Source of the DNA: Octopus vulgaris
Lineage: Eukaryota
DNA: 64,000 bases
Assembly: GCA_951406725.2 (NCBI GenBank)
Contig: OX597815.1
Coordinates: forward strand, 96,534,001 to 96,598,000
Reading direction: 5' to 3'
The notes beneath the pieces were generated by a model that saw nothing but the letters and a program-made list of their open reading frames with translations, had not been told where the DNA came from and did not search any database. The translations under genes were made by a program, and so were the position numbers. This document shows, in pieces, positions 26,843 to 39,713 of this stretch; position 1 is the stretch's first letter, and the number at the start of each line of letters is the position of its first letter.

Positions 26843-27430
26843 CAAGGACATTTGATTCAATCTAAATATTTTATCAACATAACGAATGATAAAAATAGTA
26901 CAAACTGGTAAAGATATTCTCTGACAGCTGTTTCTGGGATATCCCAGCTATTGGAGCATCGTATCGAGCGAAGATTCTATAAGATGGGTATTCGATCATG
27001 AGCAAAATATAGTTAAGCCTGGAAGATACCTTTTTGTCTTTGCTTTTACCAGAATGTATCATTATTCCATGCACAACGCTGGATCAGCTAACATTCACTT
27101 TCATTTCTCCTCAATATGGAGCACTGCATAACAATTGTTTCCCTCTTCTCACATTGCTGAATCACTTAATCTTCTGGTCATGGATTTCTCTAAAAAAACA
27201 TCTGATTCAACAGTATTTATTTGAACCCTCCTACCCGCCTGAACATAATGAACCGCAATAATATAATTGATGAGGAACATACTCTATCTACATTTCTCCC
27301 ATGACGGAATAGCCATCTTATAGAGACCTCTCTCCATACGATGCTGCAATAGCTGGGATATTCAAGAAACAGCTGTCGTTATATAGATAAATTTTCAGAT
27401 TAAATAAAATGAAACCAAATGTCCTCGTCC
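26843..27430 (+). mobile_element. Older fold-back element (arms about 26843-27017 and 27282-27428) with a degenerate hammerhead at 27261-27384
   Basis: gacagctgtttctgggatatcccagctatt...ctataagatgg pairs with ccatcttatag...aatagctgggatattcaagaaacagctgtc. Hammerhead: atataa TTGATGA gg...a GAAA cagctg TC gttatat. Confidence 0.65.
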
Positions 27431-27689
27431 TGCCTTGAGTAATAGTTTGTCTTTACTCACTACTTTAACCTATATCTACAGACTGAAAGGGAAGAAACCA
27501 TTTGCTTTTTTTTTTAAACAAACAATCATATAACCACAACTTCAATCCCTGGTGTGACTGGAATTTTGGTGACACACCTATTTGAGATCTCAGAACGTAT
27601 TCGCCTCATGCCCTCTCTCACTGTCTATATATATGCATGCATATATATGAGAAATATTGGTATTTAGAAGACCCAAATTTTCTCACACC

Positions 27690-27737
27690 GTCTCTGATTA
27701 AGGGTTATCCATAAGATACCAGAAACAGCTGTAAGAC
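27690..27737 (+). ncRNA. Minimal type I hammerhead motif (G8U, probably decayed)
   Basis: gucu CUGAUUA ag ggu-uauc-cauaa-gaua-cc a GAAA c AGCU g UA agac. Confidence 0.65.
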
Positions 27738-27812
27738 TATTACATTATAAATGTCCTAAAAACTCCTCACAGCCTTGGTTTTATTATCTTATTCTGTCTA
27801 ATATATATTCTA

Positions 27813-27853
<41 letters not shown>

Positions 27854-27854
<1 letters not shown>

Positions 27855-28248
27855 TAGCAGTATCGCCCGGCGTTGCTTGGATTTGTAAGGGAAATAACTA
27901 TATAAGCATTTTTAGAGATGTAAAGTATAATAGCCATGTCAATATGGCTAACCACAAAAGGGGGGGGCGGTTACTGTAGCTTTTTACGTTCTGAGATTTA
28001 ATAATAAATTTTTAGAGAGTTACTTCCCTTATGCCAAAAATGCATTAAAAATCTGAAAAATTGATGGTAATTTCTTTTTTAAATCGTAGACTTATCGTAG
28101 ACGCGCGCTAATACCCAGAAGGGATCGATATGAATCACGACTATAAGATACCCGGTTTTGGTTAAACTGCACCGCAAAATGTGGGAGTATTTATGAATCT
28201 AAATCGTAGGAGACAGACAGCCCACAACGTCTCTTTTATATATAAAGA
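27854..28248 (-). mobile_element. Non-autonomous Helitron
   Basis: On the minus strand it starts TCTTTATATATAAAAG and ends with an imperfect GC hairpin (ccaagcaacgccggg) plus CTAG, inserted between A and T. Confidence 0.75.
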
Positions 28249-28289
28249 TATATATATATATATATATGTGTGTGTACATATATATATGT

Positions 28290-28386
<97 letters not shown>

Positions 28387-29676
28387 TATATACATATATA
28401 TACATACATTTATATGTATGCACAGACACACACACAACAACACGCATATATATAAGATATTGCTACTCTTATTTTATAGGATATGAATGTAAGTATCTTA
28501 TTTTGACGAAGTAAAAGGGGCGCGTCTATCGGTTGTGTATGACCTTTCATGTTTAATTTTTTAAAATACCTGTTGTTTTTTCGATCGATGGATATTCGAC
28601 GGCAATTGATGTTTTGCAAAGTGTTAATTTTACAGTCTTAAAAATATTTCTTTGTATATAGTTTCAGGTTAAAACCTTTGCCTAAGTTTCATTCGTACTG
28701 GAAAAAAGAATAATGAATAGCAGAAGAATTTGTTGGAGAGGTTGACAGGCGATGACTTATTCAGAAGCGAAGATACATTTATAAGTGTGTTAAGAATAAT
28801 ATAAGGGTTAAACCATGCGAGTATTTCGAAGATGGAAGATGATTTAGCGTGTTTTCAATGCGATTTGAAATATGTCTGTTCAACTTGAGCGTTTTTCACC
28901 AGCTGGTACCATTTGGCTACCAATTCGATCAGGTTTTAACTATTTTCGAAATTTTAAGACATCTATATAAGTATATAAGTGTATTTTGCTCTAAGCTATG
29001 TTAACGGAAATTGTTGGGTTTGATGAGTACTGAAATAGCAGTCGCTAATTCATTTCAGAACTAGAATGCTTTTGTCTTTTTGCCAAGTTCATTTTGGGCA
29101 AAATGTTTTATAGGAAATGCTTTCTATCAGTCACTATTTCATATGTCTAGAGGCTATCCAGGGTTGCATTGCGTAATGCCACACTTGCAATTCTTACGTT
29201 ATGGGTGTGTATTTGAAGGAAGATGGGGCTGAGTAACTACTTATCATCAATTAAAATTTCTCCCAATCAACTTTAATTTTATATGTATTTATGTGTATGT
29301 AAACGCTCGTTTCTGTGAGTTTGTGTGTATGTAAATGCGTGTGTATTTGTACTTACATACTTTTTCATATATTTATAAAATTAATATACTGATTTTGTTT
29401 TTTCTTTTTACCCAGAGGAAATTGCCATTACTGAGAACATGTAACCGAGTGAATCCCGTGAAAGGCAACCAGTGATACTTGTTAGTCAGTCAAATGAGGA
29501 ACATTTAAATATCTCTCTTGCATTTTGTCTGTTTGTGAGTTTTATGCAATGTAAGAATGCGTAGATAGCTTTGCGTGGTACTAATATTCACATATCACAA
29601 TCTTAATTGCCCTCATATTTATTTGGAAATGAAGAATTCTAAAACGCTTATCAAAAGTGTATATTTACAGGAAATA

Positions 29677-29907
29677 TAGTTCTTTATTACCCACAAGGGG
29701 CTAAACATAGAAGGGACAAACACAGACAAAGGGATTAAATCGATTACATCGGCCCCAGTGCGTTACTGGTACTTAATTTATCGACCCCGAAAGGATGAAA
29801 GGCAAAGTCGACCTCGGCGGAACTTGAACTCACAACGTAACGGCAGACGAAATACCGCTAAACATTTCGCCCGACGTGCTAACGTTTCTGCCATCTCGCC
29901 GCCTTAT
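29677..29907 (-). mobile_element. tRNA-derived SINE, family 2 (Meta-domain-like core), with a 17 bp TSD
   Basis: TSD tatatttacaggaaata at 29660-29676 and 29908-29924. Core gtcgactttgcctttcatcctttcggggtcgataaattaagtacc. Confidence 0.9.
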
Positions 29908-30801
29908 TATATTTACAGGAAATAATAATTAAGGCCATGCTCAGATAGGTAAATATGCATTTCTCTCAGAAAAGGATATTTGGGAAACGTGTCCTGATTC
30001 CTTGAGAAACGAATGGCAAAAACACATTCAAATGAAAGTAAGCCTTTTATAAGTTAGGTTTAAACGTAAGAAATTACAGTCGAATACGGGGCTTGATACA
30101 TTTTGCAATGAAAAAAAAATGTCTTTGGTCATAAGACTGAAACATCAGGGCTTGTTTCGAGCTATATAGCAAGACCAAACACACTGGCATTCAGTTTGAA
30201 GTAGTTTAACCAGAGCAAGCCAATGCAGACGCAAATAACTCTATCATATAAGCTGCAGAAAATGCATACACACATGCATATGTCCATTGGCGTTGAACAA
30301 TATTGCAAAACGCTTTAACACTTTTACATTCGCATATAAACACAATAGACATTCTCATGCACACACGCAAACTCTCAGTTATACAAAGATGAACAAACAT
30401 GCATGTGCGCACCTGCAAATAAACACAAATGGATGTGCACGCACATACAAAACCATATATGAACACACCGCACGCACACAGAAACATGTCGATACAACCG
30501 TATGTATGGCATATTAACGTACAGGGAATTGTTACAACATATACTTTCCGCACTTTGCGCATAGCAAATTAGTAAAGACTCATCGGTGCGCATACGTACG
30601 CGAACATGCACAGAGACGCAGGCACGCAATCAACACACGCACTTGCACATATATGCAAAAATACGTACTGCAAAATATTGATGAATATTCGAAAAACTAA
30701 ATATAGATACCAGCACAATAACGCAAATATACTTTTACGTAAGGTTACGTACATATACATACACACACGCACACACGAATCCGCACGCACACATCCACAT
30801 A

Positions 30802-30839
<38 letters not shown>

Positions 30840-30841
30840 TG

Positions 30842-30890
<49 letters not shown>

Positions 30891-31241
30891 CAGGACAGAA
30901 TGAAATCTTCCATTTTCTTATGCACCACGTTTTACAGTCGCTAAATCTAATGCTTTATCCTCACAATTTTTTCTCTGATACAACACTGAAGAGTTACATC
31001 ATCACTTTTCAAAAATGCAATTCATGATGTCTGATTATACAGTGAGTTTTCTCTTGTAAATCAATTTTTGTGAACCCATTGATAGATCAAAAATTCATGT
31101 TGTTTATGAATATGAGTTGTAGCTACTGTATAAATGGAATCATGAGAAAATTACGTCAGTGTAAATTTCTCATAAATCCATTTAAATAGTAGCTACAAAA
31201 AAAAAACACTCACACCCCGAATATATATGTATGTATGTATG

Positions 31242-31275
<34 letters not shown>

Positions 31276-31335
31276 TGTATGTATGTATGTATGTATGTAT
31301 GTATGTATGTATGTATCTATCTATCTATATATATA

Positions 31336-31388
<53 letters not shown>

Positions 31389-31550
31389 CAGGCCTAGCTG
31401 TTGGGGGTGTTTGTCTTCCCTTCGTAAATATATAAGGACACAGGAAATGTGTCAAGACCGACAGGAAGCGTCGATGCTTCCTAGGGCTAAAAAGCGGTGG
31501 TGTAATTCCCTTACAGGACTGTCACGTTAAGTTGACAGTATACAACTACT
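31389..31550 (+). other. Unclassified structured element in (TA)n (homologue of 9843-10098)
   Basis: Hairpins gacaca/tgtgtc, aggaagc/gcttcct and actgtca/tgacagt. Confidence 0.55.
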
Positions 31551-32334
31551 TATATATATATATATATATATATATTAGCGAAGGAATTCATTATTTACAC
31601 AGAAAAGGAAATTTGAATAAAATCTGTGTTTATATACGCATATCTAGATGTTTGTATGCGTGAGCTTATGTGTGTATGTGTGCCTCATTTTGAAAACCGG
31701 TGCTCGGTTCGTAATGTGTCTTATCTTTGGGGTGAGGCAAAAATAGGACCCATGGCTAAAGTACGAGACTTAAAAATTTTTTTATCGCGGTCGATATTAT
31801 CGTGTATACCATTCACGTTTATAAACCAAGAAAGCCACAGTCAGTATGTGAATATCTATTAATACAAATCCACATATGTAACAACCAACACATTCTAAAT
31901 AAATACGCTTAAGTGCAGAAGCAATCCCTACATATACATATTTACTGAAAGCAAAACCTATACAATCATACATATCTCCCATCCTATTCGCAATATCTCT
32001 CTCACCCATCCTTTTTACTATTTATCTCCCAAAATAAGTATTATGTCAAATGTTGTAGAAAAAATGTCCTTCGGTACGTTTTCCTTCAATCTATTTTTGT
32101 CGCATTCATTCCATTCCTGGGCAAAATCCATGTTATTATATGGATGTTTTGTAGACTATGGAATAGGCATTTGCAAATCATTGTACTTGTATTTTATATA
32201 AATACGGAAGTATCTATGTGCATGTATGCTCATGTACTTAACATATATATGCGTATGCATATACATATACCTGTATAATTATATGCATCCCCCATATACA
32301 CACCTACACATATATAAGTGCGTATAACATAAAT

Positions 32335-33600
32335 CAGTATTTTCCAAATTCTGTGTCGCATCATATTGGTGTTTCGAGAAAGATTCCTGGGGTGCCGCGA
32401 AAAACTTTTCAGGATTTTCGGGAAACAAACAATCCAAGAACCTTCGCAAAGTTAAATATAAATCAATAAGGTTCCACGACCAATATCTGTTTTGCTACAA
32501 TATATTACATTTCTGCACTTAAACTGGAGTTCTCTATAAGTAAATTGTTTAGTTGTCCTAGTAGTTTTTAATTTTTGATTTAAACATGGACAAAGTTTTA
32601 TTGAGATCTCAGAAAAATAATAGAGTCACAGCAAACAAGACAAATACCAGAATAAAAAGACCACTTCATCAAAGCGAATATATAACGAAAAGTATATCCA
32701 ATACGGTGTTATATTATCAGAAAAAGACAACTCGGTTCCTTTTTGTTTAATTTGTTTAACAACACTCTCAAATGAAGCGATGGTTCCCACTAAATTTCAA
32801 CGTCATTTAATAACAAATCATCTGCAACATAAGGAAAAAAAACAAAAGAATATTTTGAGATGCTAAATTCAAAATTCAATCGAAGAGGCTGAAGAAATTT
32901 CACTCAATTCCCGAGAAAGCTCCAGTCGCTAGTTATAAAATTTCCCAGCTTTTGGAAAAGAACAAAAGAACCCATTCTGATGCCGAAAACATTATTTTAC
33001 CAGCCTTGGATAACATCATTGGCAAAATAATTAGTGATGAAGCTATCACACACTTTAAGACCATTCCCTTATCTGCCCAAACTATTTCTCGTAAAATTCA
33101 AGACGTTTCGCGGGACATTGACGATCAGCTCAGCGAATATTTCACTGAAGCAAAAGATGAACTCAAAAACTTGCGGGTCTTAGAAATCAATGAAAGTACA
33201 GACATCAGCAACATCAGTAAAATCATAAGTCAGTTTTTTTTTGTTGTGAATTGCAGGAAGATCGACAGATGTCGTTAACCTGGTAAAACAAAATGTTGTA
33301 TTGAGAGGGATGCAGAATCAAACATGAATTAGCGTTTGCACTGATGGCGGTCCGAGACCCACGCAGGGTCGAAAAAAAGGCATCGTGGTTGATGTATTGC
33401 AAAAAAAAAAAAATTACGAGTTAAAAGTGTACATAGCATGATTCACTGCGTACTAAGGTGTCAAAATCACTAAACGATGTTCCCCTGAAGACGATGGACA
33501 ACGTTAAAGTGATGAATTACATAAAATGGCATTCCCTATGGTGCATATGTTTTGCATCCCTACGTGAAACTATGAATTCTGAAAGTGTGTGAGTAGTTGT
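32335..33600 (+). mobile_element. Degenerate hAT (Buster/Charlie-type) transposon, 5' part
   Basis: CAGTATTTTCCAAA terminus. BED finger CLICLTTLSNEAMVPTKFQRHLITNH, then AENIILPA, IPLSAQTISRKI, NESTDISN and VCTDG. Confidence 0.85.
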
Positions 33601-34141
33601 ATATGTGTTTGCCACTGAAAGCCTCCGAAACGGTGCGCTCTTGAGAAATATGAATTTGATTTTCGAAATCTGCAGCCCAAGGCGAAAATCTTTGATTATT
33701 AGTTATGAAAAAATCTAATCTGCAACGAGAAAATAACTCAACTTCCAAAACGTCAACATTGAATGTCTTTAAAAGCCACCATCTTAAATCCATGCTTATT
33801 TTGTACAGTTGTGTGTATGTGTGCGTCGAATCTTATATTCGTCTATCCATCTACTTCTATCTGTCTGTCTGTCTGTCTGTCTCTGTTTTATGCTTTTCCG
33901 CTCTGTATCTATAATTACCGCACATACCCATACACATACTCACACACACCCTCTCTCTCGCTTTCTCTCTTAATACATCTGTAATGTATATCTCATTCCC
34001 ATGTTGCTCGCCTCCCATCTCTCTCTCTTTCTTACGCTCTCTTTTTTCCGCTCTTACTATCTCTCTCTCAACGACTGACTTCTCTACTTCTTTGTGCCTA
34101 TATGTCTAATCTTTCCTTAATTTAGCACTTTAATATCTGTG

Positions 34142-34196
<55 letters not shown>

Positions 34197-34540
34197 TGAG
34201 AGACACACACACATACTTGCATACATATACTCCGGCATACACAAATACATACACATGCATTCATACATATACATTTACATAGACAGACAGGCGCATATGA
34301 AAAAAGTTGATGTATAAGAAATCAAGAAATATACAGTAGAAGAACAACTGAACATAAATCGCTAGCGATCTGTATGTGTGTGCGCATGTGTGTGTGTGTG
34401 TGTTATGTACACATATATGTATATGAATACATAATTACTGCCTGACAGATAGATTGAGAGACAGATAGCTAGCTATGTATGCAGATAGATAGATAGATAG
34501 CTATTTATGTAGATAGATAGATAAATAGAGAGATAGATAT

Positions 34541-34604
<64 letters not shown>

Positions 34605-34613
34605 CTATTTATG

Positions 34614-34647
<34 letters not shown>

Positions 34648-35129
34648 TATATACAAGACGGAGTGAGTAGAGATGAACATGATCGAAGTTGATCATCTTA
34701 CAGAATTCTGACGCTGTGAGAATTCAATCAATCGTAGCTAAAGTTATAAAAATTACAGTGTTAAGAGCGCATATCTGTGAGTCAGAGTGTCGATAATATG
34801 TCTACATGACTTCATATCAAACACCGGAGCATATTATTTTCTGAATTGGTGAAATCGCGGATGTTTCTGTGCATGGTTGCTGCAATTTGCCAAACGTTGT
34901 CGCCTTCTGCAATAAGAAAGACGATCAATGCGACTAAGGATATTGTGTTATCTTCATGGAAGCCTAAATTCTAGCCTGTGTCTTTCTTAACAGGCACATC
35001 TTAACCGGAGCTAAATTCATTATTCTTTTCTGTATTTCAAACCGTCAGTCTCAACATTCTCTTTACTGAATTTTGTGAGATGAACAACTTCGATCATGTC
35101 CACCCCTTCTTGAACATTCTCTTTACTGT

Positions 35130-36300
35130 GAAGTACTTTGAGCAGAACATGAATCTACATTACATGTTCGTCGGGTTTACAGATGCTTTCAACGTGGCAA
35201 ACATAGCATTTTTTTAATCGTCTTTATCCAGGCTCAACACCAACACCAAACTTTACTATACTTGTAATACAGCAGCTACGATCTTAACTAGCTAATCCAG
35301 TGATAAGTTCCTATAAAATTTCCAGCTGTATAATACTGAATTTCATGCTTGCTATAACTGCTTTAAATCTTTCTTTCAGAAATACTCTGTGTTGGTAATG
35401 ACCAATGTAACTGTACCTATATCGAATACCATCTGGTTGTGTCGCATATTGATATTCGTCCCTTTGCAGTGAACATTAAAATCCTCATAGTGCTTATCAG
35501 AGGAGCAATATTTTTCGACGACTGCGTACTTATTGTTGTTGTTGTTTGTTCCTTCTCGAGCCATGCTTGGCTCATAAGGGCCGGTTTCCCGGTTTCTTGG
35601 CGTATAGGTTCCCCATCTGAACGGGACGCCGGTCCGTCGCAGGTGAGCTGCAAGATGCAGGAGGAAAGAGTGAGAGAAAGTTATAGCGAAAGAGTCAGGA
35701 GAAGTTTTGCCATTACCTTCTGCTGGAGCCGCGTGGAGCTTAGGTGTTTCGCTCATAAACACACACATCGCCCAGTCTGAGATTCGAACCCCCGATCCTT
35801 CAACAGCGAGTCCGCTGCTCTAACCACTAGGCCATGTGTCTCCACACTGCGTACTTATTGCATGGTTTGAAAATCAAATTCAAATAAAGAGCTCGAAACG
35901 AATGATTTGATACATAAACATGGGCTCACCTGCAGTCGGGCCCTAACAGCATTCTGTTACATCCTTACATTGCCATTGATATCGCATAGTAATGGGACAG
36001 CTTCTGTTTCAAGTATTTGAGAATTACTAACTCCGGTAATATAACGCTACAGAAACTTTTAGTCACATTGAGAAACCAAAAAGTCAGAATGGCTTTTGGA
36101 AAACTGCAGCATGTTATTGCAAATCAAGCATATTCGCTTCTTCAGTAGACTGAAAGATTACAATGCTTTTCTGCTATCTGCATTTTTATAAGACTTTGAA
36201 ACATAATGCCTATTCAATGACACATCAAACAATTCGAGCCATTTCAAAAGAATTACTAACAATCTATAATGCAAATTTGCAGAGAAAATGTAGTGAAGTG
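35130..36300 (+). pseudogene. Degenerate RTE-like LINE remnant, interrupted by a SINE
   Basis: MFVGFTDAFNV resembles FVDxTKAFD. KYL and MAFGKL motifs also present. Confidence 0.5.
35536..35845 (-). mobile_element. tRNA-derived SINE, family 3 (V-domain-like), with a 15 bp TSD and (AAC)n tail
   Basis: TSD actgcgtacttattg at 35521-35535 and 35846-35860. A box TGGCCTAGTGG, B box GGTTCGAATC, core cctgcgacggaccggcgtcccgttcag. Confidence 0.9.
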
Positions 36301-36433
36301 AACGTGAATTAGCTGCATTTATTATTTATTTTCAATGATAGTTAACATACACACACATACACACACACAAAAGCACAAACACACACACACACACGCCCGC
36401 ACACACACAAACACACGCACATGTATTCTTATA

Positions 36434-36668
36434 TTTCTTTTATTTGTTTCAGTCATTTGACAGCGGCCATGCTGGATTACCGCTTTCAATGGTTTTAGTC
36501 AAACATATTGACCCCACGACATTTTCTAAAATCTTACCGTTTCTTATGCCGAACCGCTAAGTAACGGGGACGTAAATAGAACAAAACCAGTTGTCAAGGG
36601 GTGATTGAGCGGCAAGCGCAGACGCAAAGACACACATACATATGTGTGTGTGTGTGTCTGTGTGTGTG

Positions 36669-36727
<59 letters not shown>

Positions 36728-37157
36728 GTGTGTGTGTGTGTGTACAGGGCGGCGAGCTGGCAGAACCGGTAGCAGCTGGGCGAAATGCCTAGCAGTATTT
36801 CGTCTGCCGTTACGTTGTGAGTTCAAATTCCGTCGAGGTCGACTTTGACTTTCATTATTTCGGGGTCGATAAATTAAGAACCAGTTACGTACTGGGGTCG
36901 ATGTTATCGACTTAATTTGTTTCTCTGTCCTTGTTTGTTCCCTCTATGTTTAGCCCCTTGTGGGTAATAAAGAAACATATATATACACATAATTACGACG
37001 GGCTTCTTTCAGTTTCTGTCTACCAAATACACTCACAATGCTTTGGACGGCCGAAAGCTATAGTGGAAGGTACCCACCCAAGGTGGCACGCAGTGGGATT
37101 AAACACGAGATCATGTGGCTGGGAAGCACGATTCTTACCACACAGCCACACCTGCGC
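36434..37157 (-). mobile_element. SINE family 1, interrupted by a family 2 SINE
   Basis: Tail half at 36434-36600 and head half at 36990-37157. Confidence 0.8.
36748..36975 (+). mobile_element. tRNA-derived SINE, family 2
   Basis: ggcggcgagctggcagaa...gttcaaattcc...gccccttgtgggtaataaagaaa, the reverse complement of 29677-29907. Confidence 0.9.
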
Positions 37158-37159
37158 GT

Positions 37160-37228
<69 letters not shown>

Positions 37229-37232
37229 CATA

Positions 37233-37325
37233 GGTGCAGAAATGGCAACGTGGTAAGAAGATTGCTCTCCAATCACATGGTAACATGTTCAGTCCCATTG
37301 CATAGCACACTATATATGTACATAA

Positions 37326-37373
<48 letters not shown>

Positions 37374-37585
37374 CTGCGTGTGTGTATGTTTGTCCCGCCT
37401 CTATCGCTTGACAACCAAGTTTAGTGTAGTTACGTCATCGTAATCGTAAACTACCCGTTCGGCAAAACAGACCGATAAAATAAGTACTGAGCTTATAAGT
37501 ACTGAGGAATAAGTACTGAGCTTATACGTCCTAGGCTCGATTTTTTCCACTGAAGGTGGTGCCCCAGCATTGCAGCAGTCTAATA
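37233..37585 (+). mobile_element. SINE family 1 (degenerate)
   Basis: ggtgcagaaatggcaacgtggtaag head and ggtggtgccccagcat tail. Confidence 0.75.
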
Positions 37586-37640
37586 AGTGCCAAGCAATGG
37601 GACTGAACCCAGAAACATGTGGTTGGTAAGCAAGCTACTT

Positions 37641-39477
37641 TATTTCAAAATTTTACCATACAGGCATAATACAAAACATTGATTAGAGGAATGATGGAAA
37701 AGGATGATATTAATGGGAGATGACAAAAAGCGCCCGCCGATTTTTTGCTTCTCCAAAACATTTTTTGTTTACAAAGGAAAATTAAACGAGGTATTAAACC
37801 CATTACATCAGTTCTTACAATTACAGTACTTCCTTATCCGTACAAGTTGAGGCGCTGAGCCTCTTACACACAATGATATACAATAAACATTTATGCACTA
37901 AAGCATCTTTATCCTCCCTCCCCGACCAGGCTCATGCCTCCCGTAGGCAATGCTCCAGCTCCAGGTTGGGGCCCCAGAAAATGAACCTCAACTGTTCCTT
38001 CGGGAAGGAGTCCAATACTCAGAAAATATCGACTTCCGATCTCACCTCCATAGTCACCTGTGGAGGCCAATCCAGGTCTTCAGTCCAGGCCATGTGCTCC
38101 TCCATCTGGCCCTCTAGATTCCTTAAGAAGCTCTGTATTTCTCCTCCCTTATGGAAGAAGATAAAAAAAACATCTCTCGTCGCACTGGGAGGGGCCACAG
38201 TTTCCTCTGTCGGTGGCACACTTCCCACCGACAAAGTTTCAGTGCATGCCGGCATGCCTCCACCTCCTCGACTGCCTCCACTTTCTCCTCCAATGAGGGA
38301 GCGGGGGAACTAATTTTATTAACTACTTCAGGACCTTACGTTCATCATGGAGGTAGTTTTTCTTACTGTGGCTTGGTTCCAGGCACAGGTGACACTTGGG
38401 GTTGGCATCCCTCAGAAGAAACGGATATCTAGAACGGGCCATCCTCAAAAAATCTGGAAAAACCAGATCAATGGCTGATTGGGTCCACAGGGTAAAAACT
38501 GCTTTCGACCCCACCCAATCAGCCGCAGGCAACACTTTATCATTGATACTATCCGCCGCCACCCAGACCCCGGCGGATAGTGTCTTCTATCTGCTCTGGT
38601 TTCTATTCCGGGTGGCAGCCCACAAACCCAAGCTCTTGTTAATTTCTTCCCTAGGAAGAAACATAATTTTTTGTCCTTCTAACTGCTGGCTCTCAAAATT
38701 GCGAGCCTCCTCTAGGGTGTCAAAAAGCAACCACACCGTTGCATATTTGACACCCCTTGCAATAAACTTAATAGTTTGCAGATATTCTGCCAACTCTTTC
38801 TCTATCGCAATTCGAGGGAATACCGTAATGGTGTTGAGAGACTTACAATATGTTCTCAGCACCACGGCTCTTTCATTGAGATTTTTCAACCACTGCCTTG
38901 GAGGCACAATTTCCCAATCGAAAGCAATCTTTTTTGCCATATATACGGAAAAAGAAATTAACAGTTCAAAACTGTCTAACGCAGTCAAATATAAACAAAA
39001 GAGCAGAAAGACAGCGAAGAGAAAAAGAAGGGAGGAAGACAGTTCAAATCACGGCAAATACACTTCCGGATTTTGGTTATCCTGGCCGATAGGTTTTCCA
39101 TAAATTGGTACTCGGATCAGGTACTCCAGGTTCAGAAACATGTACACAGAAAATCCTCCACGAATTTATAACATTTTCCCAAATCTTGGTGGCGAGAAAC
39201 ACCCATCAAACAACAATTCTCACAATGATAAAAAAGAATGTTCACTTAATGTGAACAGTCTTATCCCAACTGAAAGCAGCCTAGTGTCCAGAATCCAGTC
39301 AGGTCTCCTCGTTTGTAAAAAGTATTACCACAAGCAACAAACCCCCAATGGACCCAAAAGACACAAGCATTACCATAAAGTTGGGCTACTTTTTCACCGG
39401 CTAGCCGGCAGTCTCATTCAGTGGTACGCACAACACAACATCGCATGCGCACACTGACAACAAACGATTCATACTCA
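37641..39477 (-). mobile_element. ORF1-only non-LTR retroelement (L1/Tx1- or HAL1-like) inserted in a SINE head
   Basis: Broken ORF with an RRM-like segment (VWLLFDTLEEARNF) and a decayed zinc knuckle CHLCLEPSHSKKNY. The SINE halves flank it. Confidence 0.55.
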
Positions 39478-39524
39478 GTTGGAAGTAAGCATGATACTTA
39501 CCACACAGCCACTCCTGCGCCTAC

Positions 39525-39556
<32 letters not shown>

Positions 39557-39567
39557 AAATATGTGTA

Positions 39568-39606
<39 letters not shown>

Positions 39607-39713
39607 CAACGAAAAATTGTAAAAAGGCAGAATGCTAAATTGAAAGAAAATTTTTATGAAAATGTGTGTATGGAAAAAGTTTTTGAAAAATTGATAAAAT
39701 ATATATATATATT

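Noticed and set aside
29390-29560. Polypyrimidine tract plus CAG acceptor and a downstream GTAAG donor (possible exon)
   Set aside because: No convincing reading frame or partner exons. It cannot be supported without RNA data.
35770-35845. tRNA-like sequences here and in other SINE heads
   Set aside because: They continue into SINE bodies with tails and TSDs, so they are not tRNA genes.
38396-39103. 235 aa plus-strand ORF, and plus-strand ORFs at 42-46 kb
   Set aside because: They are antisense shadows of minus-strand retroelement ORFs.
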